Source: Auanema rhodensis (taxonomy: Eukaryota; Animalia; Nematoda). Taken from it: DNA of 64,000 nucleotides. A model generated the notes under the pieces. It did not search any database. It was not told where the DNA came from and saw only the letters and a list, made by a program, of their open reading frames with translations. The stretch spans positions 3,906,001-3,970,000 of the forward strand of contig OZ059900.1 in the NCBI GenBank assembly GCA_964057225.1. The letters are read 5' to 3'. The position numbers and the translations under genes are program-made. Shown piece by piece: positions 26,963 to 42,100 of the stretch (position 1 is the first letter of the stretch; the number at the start of each line of letters is the position of its first letter).

Positions 26963-29900
26963 TTTGTTGTTATAGACGATGAAACTATGATTTTGATCAT
27001 ATATATGAGCGATTTAGCCAAATTGGACTCAAAACTCGGAAATTTCAAAAATTCTTTCTATTTTCGACCTTTTTTGATCAAAATGAATAAATATCAGTGC
27101 AGACTCATGAAAATAGACTGATTTTGTATATTGTGTGTTTGATTCTCAAATCGTAACAAATATGATCAAAATTTACGAGTATCACAGAATTTGTTCCAAA
27201 AATCGGTGAGTATATGGTGTTAGAGGCATAAAAACGACCATACTTAGTGTAGTAATGCTATTAGAGTGAAATTCAGTGATTTAAACATCATTAGTGTCTA
27301 ATTAATGACTTTTGTTGTTATAGACAATAAAACTATGCTTTTGATCGTATATATGAGCGATTTATACAAATTGGACTCAAAACTCGGAAAATTCAAAAAT
27401 TCTGTCTATTTTCGACCTTTTTTGATCAAAATGAATAAATATTAGTGCAAACTCATAAAAATAGACTGATTTTGTATATTGTGTGTTTGATTCTCAAATC
27501 GTAACAAATATGATCAAAATTTACGAGTATCACAGAATTTGTTCCAAAAATCGGTGAGTATATGGTGTTAAAGGCAAAAAACGACCATACTTAGTGTAGT
27601 AATGCTATTTGAGCGAAATTCAGTGATTTAAACATTATTAGTGTATATTTGGAGACTTTCGTTATCACAGACAATAAAACTATGCTTTTGATCATAGATA
27701 TGAGCGATTTAGCCAAATTGCACTCAAAACTCGGAAAATTCAAAAATTCTTTCTATTTTCGACCTTTTTTGATCAAAATGAATAAATATCAGTGCAAACT
27801 TGTAAAAATAGACTTATTTCGTGTATTATGTGTTTGATTCTCAAATCTTAACAAATATGATCAAAATTTACGAGTATCACAGAATTTGTACCAAAAATCG
27901 GTGAGTATATGGTGTTAAAGGCAAAAAACGACCATACTTTGTGTAGTAATGCTATTTGAGCGAAATTCAGTGATTTAAACTACATTAGTGTTTAATCAAT
28001 GACTTTTGTTATCATAGACAATAAAACTATGCTTTTGATCATATATATGAGCGATTCAACCAGATAGGACTCAAAACTCGGAAATTTCAAAAATTCTTTC
28101 TATTTTCGACCTTTTTTGATCAAAATGAATAAATATCAGCGCAGACTCATGAAAATAGACTGATTTTGTGTATTGTGTGTTTGATTCTCAAATCTTAACA
28201 AATATGATCAAAATTTACGAGTATCACAGAATTTGTTCCAAAAATCGGTGAGTATATGGTGTTAAAGGCAAAAAACGACCATACTTAGTGTAGTAATGCT
28301 ATTTGAGCGAAATTCAGTGATTTAAACATTATTAGTGTATATTTGGAGACTTTCGTTATCACAGACAATAAAACTATGCTTTTGATCATAGATATGAGCG
28401 ATTTAGCCAAATTGCACTCAAAACTCGGAAAATTCAAAAATTCTTTCTATTTTCGACCTTTTTTGATCAAAATGAATAAATATCAGTGCAAACTTGTAAA
28501 AATAGACTTATTTCGTGTATTATGTGTTTGATTCTCAAATCTTAACAAATATGATCAAAATTTACGAGTATCACAGAATTTGTACCAAAAATCGGTGAGT
28601 ATATGGTGTTAAAGGCAAAAAACGACCATACTTTGTGTAGTAATGCTATTTGAGCGAAATTCAGTGATTTAAACTACATTAGTGTTTAATCAATGACTTT
28701 TGTTATCATAGACAATAAAACTATGCTTTTGATCATATATATGAGCGATTCAACCAGATAGGACTCAAAACTCGGAAATTTCAAAAATTCTTTCTATTTT
28801 CGACCTTTTTTGATCAAAATGAATAAATATCAGCGCAGACTCATGAAAATAGACTGATTTTGTGTATTGTGTGTTTGATTCTCAAATCTTAACAAATATG
28901 ATCAAAATTTACGAGTATCACAGAATTTGTACCAAAAATCGGTGAGTATATGGTGTTAAAGGCAAAAAACGACCATACTTAGTGTAGTAATGCTATTTGA
29001 GCGAAATTCAGTGATTTAAACAATATTAGTGTTTAATTAATGACTTTTGTTGTTATAGACAATAAAACTATGATTTTGATCATATATATGAGCGATTTAT
29101 ACAAATTGGACTCAAAACTCGGAAAATTCAAAAATTCTGTCTATTTTCGACCTTTTTTGATCAAAATGAATAAATATTAGTGCAAACTCATAAAAATAGA
29201 CTGATTTTGTGTATTGTGTGTTTGATTCTCGAATCTTAGCAAATATGATCGAAATTTACAAGTATTACAGATTTTGTACCAAAAATCGGTGAGTATATGG
29301 TGTTAAAGGCAAAAAACGACCATACTTAGTGTAGTGATGCTATTTGAGCAAAATTCAGTGATTTAAACATCATTAGTGTTTAATTAATGACTTTTGTTGT
29401 TATAGACGATGAAACTATGATTTTGATCATATATATGAGCGATTTAGCCAAATTGGACTCAAAACTCGGAAATTTCAAAAATTCTTTCTATTTTCGACCT
29501 TTTTTGATCAAAATGAATAAATATCAGTGCAGACTCATGAAAATAGACTGATTTTGTATATTGTGTGTTTGATTCTCAAATCGTAACAAATATGATCAAA
29601 ATTTACGAGTATCACAGAATTTGTTCCAAAAATCGGTGAGTATATGGTGTTAGAGGCATAAAAACGACCATACTTAGTGTAGTAATGCTATTAGAGTGAA
29701 ATTCAGTGATTTAAACATCATTAGTGTCTAATTAATGACTTTTGTTGTTATAGACAATAAAACTATGCTTTTGATCGTATATATGAGCGATTTATACAAA
29801 TTGGACTCAAAACTCGGAAAATTCAAAAATTCTGTCTATTTTCGACCTTTTTTGATCAAAATGAATAAATATTAGTGCAAACTCATAAAAATAGACTGAT

Positions 29901-32900
29901 TTTGTATATTGTGTGTTTGATTCTCAAATCGTAACAAATATGATCAAAATTTACGAGTATCACAGAATTTGTTCCAAAAATCGGTGAGTATATGGTGTTA
30001 AAGGCAAAAAACGACCATACTTAGTGTAGTAATGCTATTTGAGCGAAATTCAGTGATTTAAACATTATTAGTGTATATTTGGAGACTTTCGTTATCACAG
30101 ACAATAAAACTATGCTTTTGATCATAGATATGAGCGATTTAGCCAAATTGCACTCAAAACTCGGAAAATTCAAAAATTCTTTCTATTTTCGACCTTTTTT
30201 GATCAAAATGAATAAATATCAGTGCAAACTTGTAAAAATAGACTTATTTCGTGTATTATGTGTTTGATTCTCAAATCTTAACAAATATGATCAAAATTTA
30301 CGAGTATCACAGAATTTGTACCAAAAATCGGTGAGTATATGGTGTTAAAGGCAAAAAACGACCATACTTAGTGTAGTAATGCTATTTGAGCGAAATTCAG
30401 TGATTTAAACTACATTAGTGTTTAATCAATGACTTTTGTTATCATAGACAATAAAACTATGCTTTTGATCATATATATGAGCGATTCAACCAGATAGGAC
30501 TCAAAACTCGGAAATTTCAAAAATTCTTTCTATTTTCGACCTTTTTTGATCAAAATGAATAAATATCAGCGCAGACTCATGAAAATAGACTGATTTTGTG
30601 TATTGTGTGTTTGATTCTCAAATCTTAACAAATATGATCAAAATTTACGAGTATCACAGAATTTGTACCAAAAATCGGTGAGTATATGGTGTTAAAGGCA
30701 AAAAACGACCATACTTAGTGTAGTAATGCTATTTGAGCGAAATTCAGTGATTTAAACTACATTAGTGTTTAATCAATGACTTTTGTTGTCATAGACAATA
30801 AAACTATGCTTTTGATCATATATATGAGCGATTCAGCCAGATAGGACTCAAAACTCGGAAAATTCAAAAATTCTTTCTATTTTCGACCTTTTTTGATCAA
30901 AATGAATAAATATCAGTGCAAACTCGTAAAAATATACTGATTTTGTGTATTATGTGTTTGATTCTCGAATCTTAGCAAATATGATCAAAATTTACAAGTA
31001 TTACAGATTGTGTACCAAAAATCGGTGAGTATATGGTGTTAGAGGCATAAAAACGACCATACTTAGTGTAGTGATGCTATTTGAGCAAAATTCAGTGATT
31101 TAAACATTATTAGTGTTTAATTAATGACTTTCGTTGTTATAGACAATAAAACTATGCTTTTGATCATATATATGAGCGATTTATACAAATTGGACTCAAA
31201 ACTCGGAAAATTCAAAAATTCTGTCTATTTTCGACCTTTTTTGATCAAAATGAATAAATATTACTGCAAACTCATAAAAATAGACTGATTTTGTATATTG
31301 TGTGTTTGATTCTCAAATCGTAACAAATATGATCAAAATTTACGAGTATCACAGATTTTGTACCAAAAATCGGTGAATCTATGGTGTTAAAGGTATAAAA
31401 ACGACCATACTTAGTGTAGTAATGCTATTTAAGCGAAATTCAGTGATTTAAACATCATTTATGTTTAATTAATGACTTTTGTTGTCATAGACAATAAAAC
31501 TATGCCTTTGATCATATATATGAGCGATTTATACAAATTGGACTCAAAACTCGGAAAATTCAAAAATTCTGTCTATTTTCGACCTTTTTTGATCAAAATG
31601 AATAAATATCAGTGCAGACTCATGAAAATAGACTGATTTTGTATATTGTGTGTTTGATTCTCAAATCGTAACAAATATGATCAAAATTTACGAGTATCAC
31701 AGAATTTGTTCCAAAAATCGGTGAGTATATGGTGTTAGAGGCATAAAAACGACCATACTTAGTGTAGTAATGCTATTAGAGTGAAATTCAGTGATTTAAA
31801 CATCATTAGTGTCTAATTAATGACTTTTGTTGTTATAGACAATAAAACTATGCTTTTGATCGTATATATGAGCGATTTATACAAATTGGACTCAAAACTC
31901 GGAAAATTCAAAAATTCTGTCTATTTTCGACCTTTTTTGATCAAAATGAATAAATATTAGTGCAAACTCATAAAAATAGACTGATTTTGTATATTGTGTG
32001 TTTGATTCTCAAATCGTAACAAATATGATCAAAATTTACGAGTATCACAGAATTTGTTCCAAAAATCGGTGAGTATATGGTGTTAAAGGCAAAAAACGAC
32101 CATACTTAGTGTAGTAATGCTATTTGAGCGAAATTCAGTGATTTAAACATTATTAGTGTATATTTGGAGACTTTCGTTATCACAGACAATAAAACTATGC
32201 TTTTGATCATAGATATGAGCGATTTAGCCAAATTGCACTCAAAACTCGGAAAATTCAAAAATTCTTTCTATTTTCGACCTTTTTTGATCAAAATGAATAA
32301 ATATCAGTGCAAACTTGTAAAAATAGACTTATTTCGTGTATTATGTGTTTGATTCTCAAATCTTAACAAATATGATCAAAATTTACGAGTATCACAGAAT
32401 TTGTACCAAAAATCGGTGAGTATATGGTGTTAAAGGCAAAAAACGACCATACTTAGTGTAGTAATGCTATTTGAGCGAAATTCAGTGATTTAAACTACAT
32501 TAGTGTTTAATCAATGACTTTTGTTATCATAGACAATAAAACTATGCTTTTGATCATATATATGAGCGATTCAACCAGATAGGACTCAAAACTCGGAAAT
32601 TTCAAAAATTCTTTCTATTTTCGACCTTTTTTGATCAAAATGAATAAATATCAGCGCAGACTCATGAAAATAGACTGATTTTGTGTATTGTGTGTTTGAT
32701 TCTCAAATCTTAACAAATATGATCAAAATTTACGAGTATCACAGAATTTGTACCAAAAATCGGTGAGTATATGGTGTTAAAGGCAAAAAACGACCATACT
32801 TAGTGTAGTAATGCTATTTGAGCGAAATTCAGTGATTTAAACTACATTAGTGTTTAATCAATGACTTTTGTTGTCATAGACAATAAAACTATGCTTTTGA

Positions 32901-35900
32901 TCATATATATGAGCGATTCAGCCAGATAGGACTCAAAACTCGGAAAATTCAAAAATTCTTTCTATTTTCGACCTTTTTTGATCAAAATGAATAAATATCA
33001 GTGCAAACTCGTAAAAATATACTGATTTTGTGTATTATGTGTTTGATTCTCGAATCTTAGCAAATATGATCAAAATTTACAAGTATTACAGATTGTGTAC
33101 CAAAAATCGGTGAGTATATGGTGTTAGAGGCATAAAAACGACCATACTTAGTGTAGTGATGCTATTTGAGCAAAATTCAGTGATTTAAACATTATTAGTG
33201 TTTAATTAATGACTTTCGTTGTTATAGACAATAAAACTATGCTTTTGATCATATATATGAGCGATTTATACAAATTGGACTCAAAACTCGGAAAATTCAA
33301 AAATTCTGTCTATTTTCGACCTTTTTTGATCAAAATGAATAAATATTACTGCAAACTCATAAAAATAGACTGATTTTGTATATTGTGTGTTTGATTCTCA
33401 AATCGTAACAAATATGATCAAAATTTACGAGTATCACAGATTTTGTACCAAAAATCGGTGAGTATATGGTGTTAGAGGCATAAAAACGACCATACTTAGT
33501 GTAGTAATGCTATTAGAGTGAAATTCAGTGATTTAAACATTATTAGTGTTTAATCAGTGACTTTTGTTGTCATAGACAATAAAACTATGCTTTTGATCAT
33601 ATATATGAGCGATTTAGCCAAATTGGACTCAAAACTCGGAAAATTCAAAAATTCTTTCTATTTTCGACCTTTTTTGATCAAAATGAATAAATATCAGTGC
33701 AAACTCATAAAAATAGACTGATTTTGTGTATTGTGTGTTTGATTCTCAAATCGTAACAAATATGATCAAAATTTACGAGTATTACAGATTTTGTACCAAA
33801 AATCGGTGAGTATATGGTGTTAGAGGCATAAAAACGACCATACTTAGTGTAGTAATGCTATTAGAGTGAAATTCAGTGATTTAAACATTATTAGTGTTTT
33901 CTTAATGACTTTTGTTATCATAGACAATAAAACTATGCTTTTGATCATATATATGAGCGATTTAGCCAAATTGGACTCAAAACTCGAAAAATTCAAAAAT
34001 TCTTTCTATTTTCGACCTTTTTTGATCAAAATGAATAAATATCAGTGCAAACTTGTAAAAATAGACTGATTTTGTGTATTGTATGTTTGATTCTCGAATC
34101 TTAACAAATATGATCAAAATTTACAAGTATTACAGATTTTGTACCAAAAATCGGTGAGTATATGGTGTTAGAGCCATAAAAACGACCATACTTAGTGTAG
34201 TAATGCTATTAGAGTGAAATTCAGTGATTTAAACATTATTAGTGTTTTCTTAATGACTTTTGTTATCATAGACAATAAAACTATGCTTTTGATCATATAT
34301 ATGAGCGATTCAACCAGATAGGACTCAAAACTCGGAAATTTCAAAAATTCTTTCTATTTTCGACCTTTTTTGATCAAAATGAATAAATATCAGCGCAGAC
34401 TCATGAAAATAGACTGATTTTGTGTATTGTGTGTTTGATTCTCAAATCTTAACAAATATGATCAAAATTTACGAGTATCACAGAATTTGTACCAAAAATC
34501 GGTGAGTATATGGTGTTAAAGGCAAAAAACGACCATACTTAGTGTAGTAATGCTATTTGAGCGAAATTCAGTGATTTAAACTACATTAGTGTTTAATCAA
34601 TGACTTTTGTTGTCATAGACAATAAAACTATGCTTTTGATCATATATATGAGCGATTCAGCCAGATAGGACTCAAAACTCGGAAAATTCAAAAATTCTTT
34701 CTATTTTCGACCTTTTTTGATCAAAATGAATAAATATCAGTGCAAACTCGTAAAAATATACTGATTTTGTGTATTATGTGTTTGATTCTCGAATCTTAGC
34801 AAATATGATCAAAATTTACAAGTATTACAGATTGTGTACCAAAAATCGGTGAGTATATGGTGTTAGAGGCATAAAAACGACCATACTTAGTGTAGTAATG
34901 CTATTAGAGTGAAATTCAGTGATTTAAACATCATTAGTGTCTAATTAATGACTTTTGTTGTTATAGACAATAAAACTATGCTTTTGATCGTATATATGAG
35001 CGATTTATACAAATTGGACTCAAAACTCGGAAAATTCAAAAATTCTGTCTATTTTCGACCTTTTTTGATCAAAATGAATAAATATTAGTGCAAACTCATA
35101 AAAATAGACTGATTTTGTATATTGTGTGTTTGATTCTCAAATCGTAACAAATATGATCAAAATTTACGAGTATCACAGAATTTGTTCCAAAAATCGGTGA
35201 GTATATGGTGTTAAAGGCAAAAAACGACCATACTTAGTGTAGTAATGCTATTTGAGCGAAATTCAGTGATTTAAACATTATTAGTGTATATTTGGAGACT
35301 TTCGTTATCACAGACAATAAAACTATGCTTTTGATCATAGATATGAGCGATTTAGCCAAATTGCACTCAAAACTCGGAAAATTCAAAAATTCTTTCTATT
35401 TTCGACCTTTTTTGATCAAAATGAATAAATATCAGTGCAAACTTGTAAAAATAGACTTATTTCGTGTATTATGTGTTTGATTCTCAAATCTTAACAAATA
35501 TGATCAAAATTTACGAGTATCACAGAATTTGTACCAAAAATCGGTGAGTATATGGTGTTAAAGGCAAAAAACGACCATACTTAGTGTAGTAATGCTATTT
35601 GAGCGAAATTCAGTGATTTAAACTACATTAGTGTTTAATCAATGACTTTTGTTATCATAGACAATAAAACTATGCTTTTGATCATATATATGAGCGATTC
35701 AACCAGATAGGACTCAAAACTCGGAAATTTCAAAAATTCTTTCTATTTTCGACCTTTTTTGATCAAAATGAATAAATATCAGCGCAGACTCATGAAAATA
35801 GACTGATTTTGTGTATTGTGTGTTTGATTCTCAAATCTTAACAAATATGATCAAAATTTACGAGTATCACAGAATTTGTACCAAAAATCGGTGAGTATAT

Positions 35901-38900
35901 GGTGTTAAAGGCAAAAAACGACCATACTTAGTGTAGTAATGCTATTTGAGCGAAATTCAGTGATTTAAACTACATTAGTGTTTAATCAATGACTTTTGTT
36001 GTCATAGACAATAAAACTATGCTTTTGATCATATATATGAGCGATTCAGCCAGATAGGACTCAAAACTCGGAAAATTCAAAAATTCTTTCTATTTTCGAC
36101 CTTTTTTGATCAAAATGAATAAATATCAGTGCAAACTCGTAAAAATATACTGATTTTGTGTATTATGTGTTTGATTCTCGAATCTTAGCAAATATGATCA
36201 AAATTTACAAGTATTACAGATTGTGTACCAAAAATCGGTGAGTATATGGTGTTAGAGGCATAAAAACGACCATACTTAGTGTAGTGATGCTATTTGAGCA
36301 AAATTCAGTGATTTAAACATTATTAGTGTTTAATTAATGACTTTCGTTGTTATAGACAATAAAACTATGCTTTTGATCATATATATGAGCGATTTATACA
36401 AATTGGACTCAAAACTCGGAAAATTCAAAAATTCTGTCTATTTTCGACCTTTTTTGATCAAAATGAATAAATATTACTGCAAACTCATAAAAATAGACTG
36501 ATTTTGTATATTGTGTGTTTGATTCTCAAATCGTAACAAATATGATCAAAATTTACGAGTATCACAGATTTTGTACCAAAAATCGGTGAATCTATGGTGT
36601 TAAAGGTATAAAAACGACCATACTTAGTGTAGTAATGCTATTTAAGCGAAATTCAGTGATTTAAACATTATTTATGTTTAATTAATGACTTTTGTTGTCA
36701 TAGACAATAAAACTATGCCTTTGATCATATATATGAGCGATTTATACAAATTGGACTCAAAACTCGGAAAATTCAAAAATTCTGTCTATTTTTGACCTTT
36801 TTTGATCAAAATGAATAAATATCAGTGCAGACTCATGAAAATAGACTGATTTTGTATATTGTGTGTTTGATTCTCAAATCGTAACAAATATGATCAAAAT
36901 TTACGAGTATCACAGAATTTGTTCCAAAAATCGGTGAGTATATGGTGTTAGAGGCATAAAAACGACCATACTTAGTGTAGTAATGCTATTAGAGTGAAAT
37001 TCAGTGATTTAAACATCATTAGTGTCTAATTAATGACTTTTGTTGTTATAGACAATAAAACTATGCTTTTGATCGTATATATGAGCGATTTATACAAATT
37101 GGACTCAAAACTCGGAAAATTCAAAAATTCTGTCTATTTTCGACCTTTTTTGATCAAAATGAATAAATATTAGTGCAAACTCATAAAAATAGACTGATTT
37201 TGTATATTGTGTGTTTGATTCTCAAATCGTAACAAATATGATCAAAATTTACGAGTATCACAGAATTTGTTCCAAAAATCGGTGAGTATATGGTGTTAAA
37301 GGCAAAAAACGACCATACTTAGTGTAGTAATGCTATTTGAGCGAAATTCAGTGATTTAAACATTATTAGTGTATATTTGGAGACTTTCGTTATCACAGAC
37401 AATAAAACTATGCTTTTGATCATAGATATGAGCGATTTAGCCAAATTGCACTCAAAACTCGGAAAATTCAAAAATTCTTTCTATTTTCGACCTTTTTTGA
37501 TCAAAATGAATAAATATCAGTGCAAACTTGTAAAAATAGACTTATTTCGTGTATTATGTGTTTGATTCTCAAATCTTAACAAATATGATCAAAATTTACG
37601 AGTATCACAGAATTTGTACCAAAAATCGGTGAGTATATGGTGTTAAAGGCAAAAAACGACCATACTTAGTGTAGTAATGCTATTTGAGCGAAATTCAGTG
37701 ATTTAAACTACATTAGTGTTTAATCAATGACTTTTGTTATCATAGACAATAAAACTATGCTTTTGATCATATATATGAGCGATTCAGCCAGATAGGACTC
37801 AAAACTCGGAAAATTCAAAAATTCTTTCTATTTTCGACCTTTTTTGATCAAAATGAATAAATATCAGTGCAAACTCGTAAAAATATACTGATTTTGTGTA
37901 TTATGTGTTTGATTCTCGAATCTTAGCAAATATGATCAAAATTTACAAGTATTACAGATTGTGTACCAAAAATCGGTGAGTATATGGTGTTAGAGGCATA
38001 AAAACGACCATACTTAGTGTAGTGATGCTATTTGAGCAAAATTCAGTGATTTAAACATTATTAGTGTTTAATTAATGACTTTCGTTGTTATAGACAATAA
38101 AACTATGCTTTTGATCATATATATGAGCGATTTATACAAATTGGACTCAAAACTCGGAAAATTCAAAAATTCTGTCTATTTTCGACCTTTTTTGATCAAA
38201 ATGAATAAATATTACTGCAAACTCATAAAAATAGACTGATTTTGTATATTGTGTGTTTGATTCTCAAATCGTAACAAATATGATCAAAATTTACGAGTAT
38301 CACAGATTTTGTACCAAAAATCGGTGAGTATATGGTGTTAGAGGCATAAAAACGACCATACTTAGTGTAGTAATGCTATTAGAGTGAAATTCAGTGATTT
38401 AAACATTATTAGTGTTTAATCAGTGACTTTTGTTGTCATAGACAATAAAACTATGCTTTTGATCATATATATGAGCGATTTAGCCAAATTGGACTCAAAA
38501 CTCGGAAAATTCAAAAATTCTTTCTATTTTCGACCTTTTTTGATCAAAATGAATAAATATCAGTGCAAACTCATAAAAATAGACTGATTTTGTGTATTGT
38601 GTGTTTGATTCTCAAATCGTAACAAATATGATCAAAATTTACGAGTATTACAGATTTTGTACCAAAAATCGGTGAGTATATGGTGTTAGAGGCATAAAAA
38701 CGACCATACTTAGTGTAGTAATGCTATTAGAGTGAAATTCAGTGATTTAAACATTATTAGTGTTTTCTTAATGACTTTTGTTATCATAGACAATAAAACT
38801 ATGCTTTTGATCATATATATGAGCGATTTAGCCAAATTGGACTCAAAACTCGAAAAATTCAAAAATTCTTTCTATTTTCGACCTTTTTTGATCAAAATGA

Positions 38901-41900
38901 ATAAATATCAGTGCAAACTTGTAAAAATAGACTGATTTTGTGTATTGTATGTTTGATTCTCGAATCTTAACAAATATGATCAAAATTTACAAGTATTACA
39001 GATTTTGTACCAAAAATCGGTGAGTATATGGTGTTAGAGCCATAAAAACGACCATACTTAGTGTAGTAATGCTATTAGAGTGAAATTCAGTGATTTAAAC
39101 ATTATTAGTGTTTTCTTAATGACTTTTGTTATCATAGACAATAAAACTATGCTTTTGATCATATATATGAGCGATTCAACCAGATAGGACTCAAAACTCG
39201 GAAATTTCAAAAATTCTTTCTATTTTCGACCTTTTTTGATCAAAATGAATAAATATCAGCGCAGACTCATGAAAATAGACTGATTTTGTGTATTGTGTGT
39301 TTGATTCTCAAATCTTAACAAATATGATCAAAATTTACGAGTATCACAGAATTTGTACCAAAAATCGGTGAGTATATGGTGTTAAAGGCAAAAAACGACC
39401 ATACTTAGTGTAGTAATGCTATTTGAGCGAAATTCAGTGATTTAAACTACATTAGTGTTTAATCAATGACTTTTGTTGTCATAGACAATAAAACTATGCT
39501 TTTGATCATATATATGAGCGATTCAGCCAGATAGGACTCAAAACTCGGAAAATTCAAAAATTCTTTCTATTTTCGACCTTTTTTGATCAAAATGAATAAA
39601 TATCAGTGCAAACTCGTAAAAATATACTGATTTTGTGTATTATGTGTTTGATTCTCGAATCTTAGCAAATATGATCGAAATTTACAAGTATTACAGATTG
39701 TGTACCAAAAATCGGTGAGTATATGGTGTTAGAGGCATAAAAACGACCATACTTAGTGTAGTAATGCTATTAGAGTGAAATTCAGTGATTTAAACATCAT
39801 TAGTGTCTAATTAATGACTTTTGTTGTTATAGACAATAAAACTATGCTTTTGATCGTATATATGAGCGATTTATACAAATTGGACTCAAAACTCGGAAAA
39901 TTCAAAAATTCTGTCTATTTTCGACCTTTTTTGATCAAAATGAATAAATATTAGTGCAAACTCATAAAAATAGACTGATTTTGTATATTGTGTGTTTGAT
40001 TCTCAAATCGTAACAAATATGATCAAAATTTACGAGTATCACAGAATTTGTTCCAAAAATCGGTGAGTATATGGTGTTAAAGGCAAAAAACGACCATACT
40101 TAGTGTAGTAATGCTATTTGAGCGAAATTCAGTGATTTAAACATTATTAGTGTATATTTGGAGACTTTCGTTATCACAGACAATAAAACTATGCTTTTGA
40201 TCATAGATATGAGCGATTTAGCCAAATTGCACTCAAAACTCGGAAAATTCAAAAATTCTTTCTATTTTCGACCTTTTTTGATCAAAATGAATAAATATCA
40301 GTGCAAACTTGTAAAAATAGACTTATTTCGTGTATTATGTGTTTGATTCTCAAATCTTAACAAATATGATCAAAATTTACGAGTATCACAGAATTTGTAC
40401 CAAAAATCGGTGAGTATATGGTGTTAAAGGCAAAAAACGACCATACTTAGTGTAGTAATGCTATTTGAGCGAAATTCAGTGATTTAAACTACATTAGTGT
40501 TTAATCAATGACTTTTGTTATCATAGACAATAAAACTATGCTTTTGATCATATATATGAGCGATTCAACCAGATAGGACTCAAAACTCGGAAATTTCAAA
40601 AATTCTTTCTATTTTCGACCTTTTTTGATCAAAATGAATAAATATCAGCGCAGACTCATGAAAATAGACTGATTTTGTGTATTGTGTGTTTGATTCTCAA
40701 ATCTTAACAAATATGATCAAAATTTACGAGTATCACAGAATTTGTACCAAAAATCGGTGAATATATGGTGTTAAAGGCAAAAAACGACCATACTTAGTGT
40801 AGTAATGCTATTTGAGCGAAATTCAGTGATTTAAACTACATTAGTGTTTAATCAATGACTTTTGTTGTCATAGACAATAAAACTATGCTTTTGATCATAT
40901 ATATGAGCGATTCAGCCAGATAGGACTCAAAACTCGGAAAATTCAAAAATTCTTTCTATTTTCGACCTTTTTTGATCAAAATGAATAAATATCAGTGCAA
41001 ACTCGTAAAAATATACTGATTTTGTGTATTATGTGTTTGATTCTCGAATCTTAGCAAATATGATCAAAATTTACAAGTATTACAGATTGTGTACCAAAAA
41101 TCGGTGAGTATATGGTGTTAGAGGCATAAAAACGACCATACTTAGTGTAGTGATGCTATTTGAGCAAAATTCAGTGATTTAAACATTATTAGTGTTTAAT
41201 TAATGACTTTCGTTGTTATAGACAATAAAACTATGCTTTTGATCATATATATGAGCGATTTATACAAATTGGACTCAAAACTCGGAAAATTCAAAAATTC
41301 TGTCTATTTTCGACCTTTTTTGATCAAAATGAATAAATATTACTGCAAACTCATAAAAATAGACTGATTTTGTATATTGTGTGTTTGATTCTCAAATCGT
41401 AACAAATATGATCAAAATTTACGAGTATCACAGATTTTGTACCAAAAATCGGTGAGTATATGGTGTTAGAGGCATAAAAACGACCATACTTAGTGTAGTA
41501 ATGCTATTAGAGTGAAATTCAGTGATTTAAACATTATTAGTGTTTAATCAGTGACTTTTGTTGTCATAGACAATAAAACTATGCTTTTGATCATATATAT
41601 GAGCGATTTAGCCAAATTGGACTCAAAACTCGGAAAATTCAAAAATTCTTTCTATTTTCGACCTTTTTTGATCAAAATGAATAAATATCAGTGCAAACTC
41701 ATAAAAATAGACTGATTTTGTGTATTCTGTGTTTGATTCTCAAATCGTAACAAATATGATCAAAATTTACGAGTATTACAGATTTTGTACCAAAAATCGG
41801 TGAGTATATGGTGTTAGAGGCATAAAAACGACCATACTTAGTGTAGTAATGCTATTAGAGTGAAATTCAGTGATTTAAACATTATTAGTGTTTTCTTAAT

Positions 41901-42100
41901 GACTTTTGTTATCATAGACAATAAAACTATGCTTTTGATCATATATATGAGCGATTTAGCCAAATTGGACTCAAAACTCGAAAAATTCAAAAATTCTTTC
42001 TATTTTCGACCTTTTTTGATCAAAATGAATAAATATCAGTGCAAACTTGTAAAAATAGACTGATTTTGTGTATTGTATGTTTGATTCTCGAATCTTAACA
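26963..42100. repeat. HOR domain B: variable-length HORs, marker steps of 2,5,6,9,6,8,(9) monomers
   Basis: The domain-specific aaattgcactc monomer occurs at ORF starts 27649, 28343, 30079, 32164, 35292, 37377 and 40158 (spacings 694, 1736, 2085, 3128, 2085, 2781). The gtgtctaatt variant is also confined here. Confidence 0.9.
29690..39800. repeat. 15-mer (6+9) super-unit followed by its 14-mer deletion derivative
   Basis: gtgtcta occurs at 29724, 34937 (+5213) and 39803 (+4866). The offsets 30079 to 35292 and 32164 to 37377 are both 5213. Confidence 0.85.
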
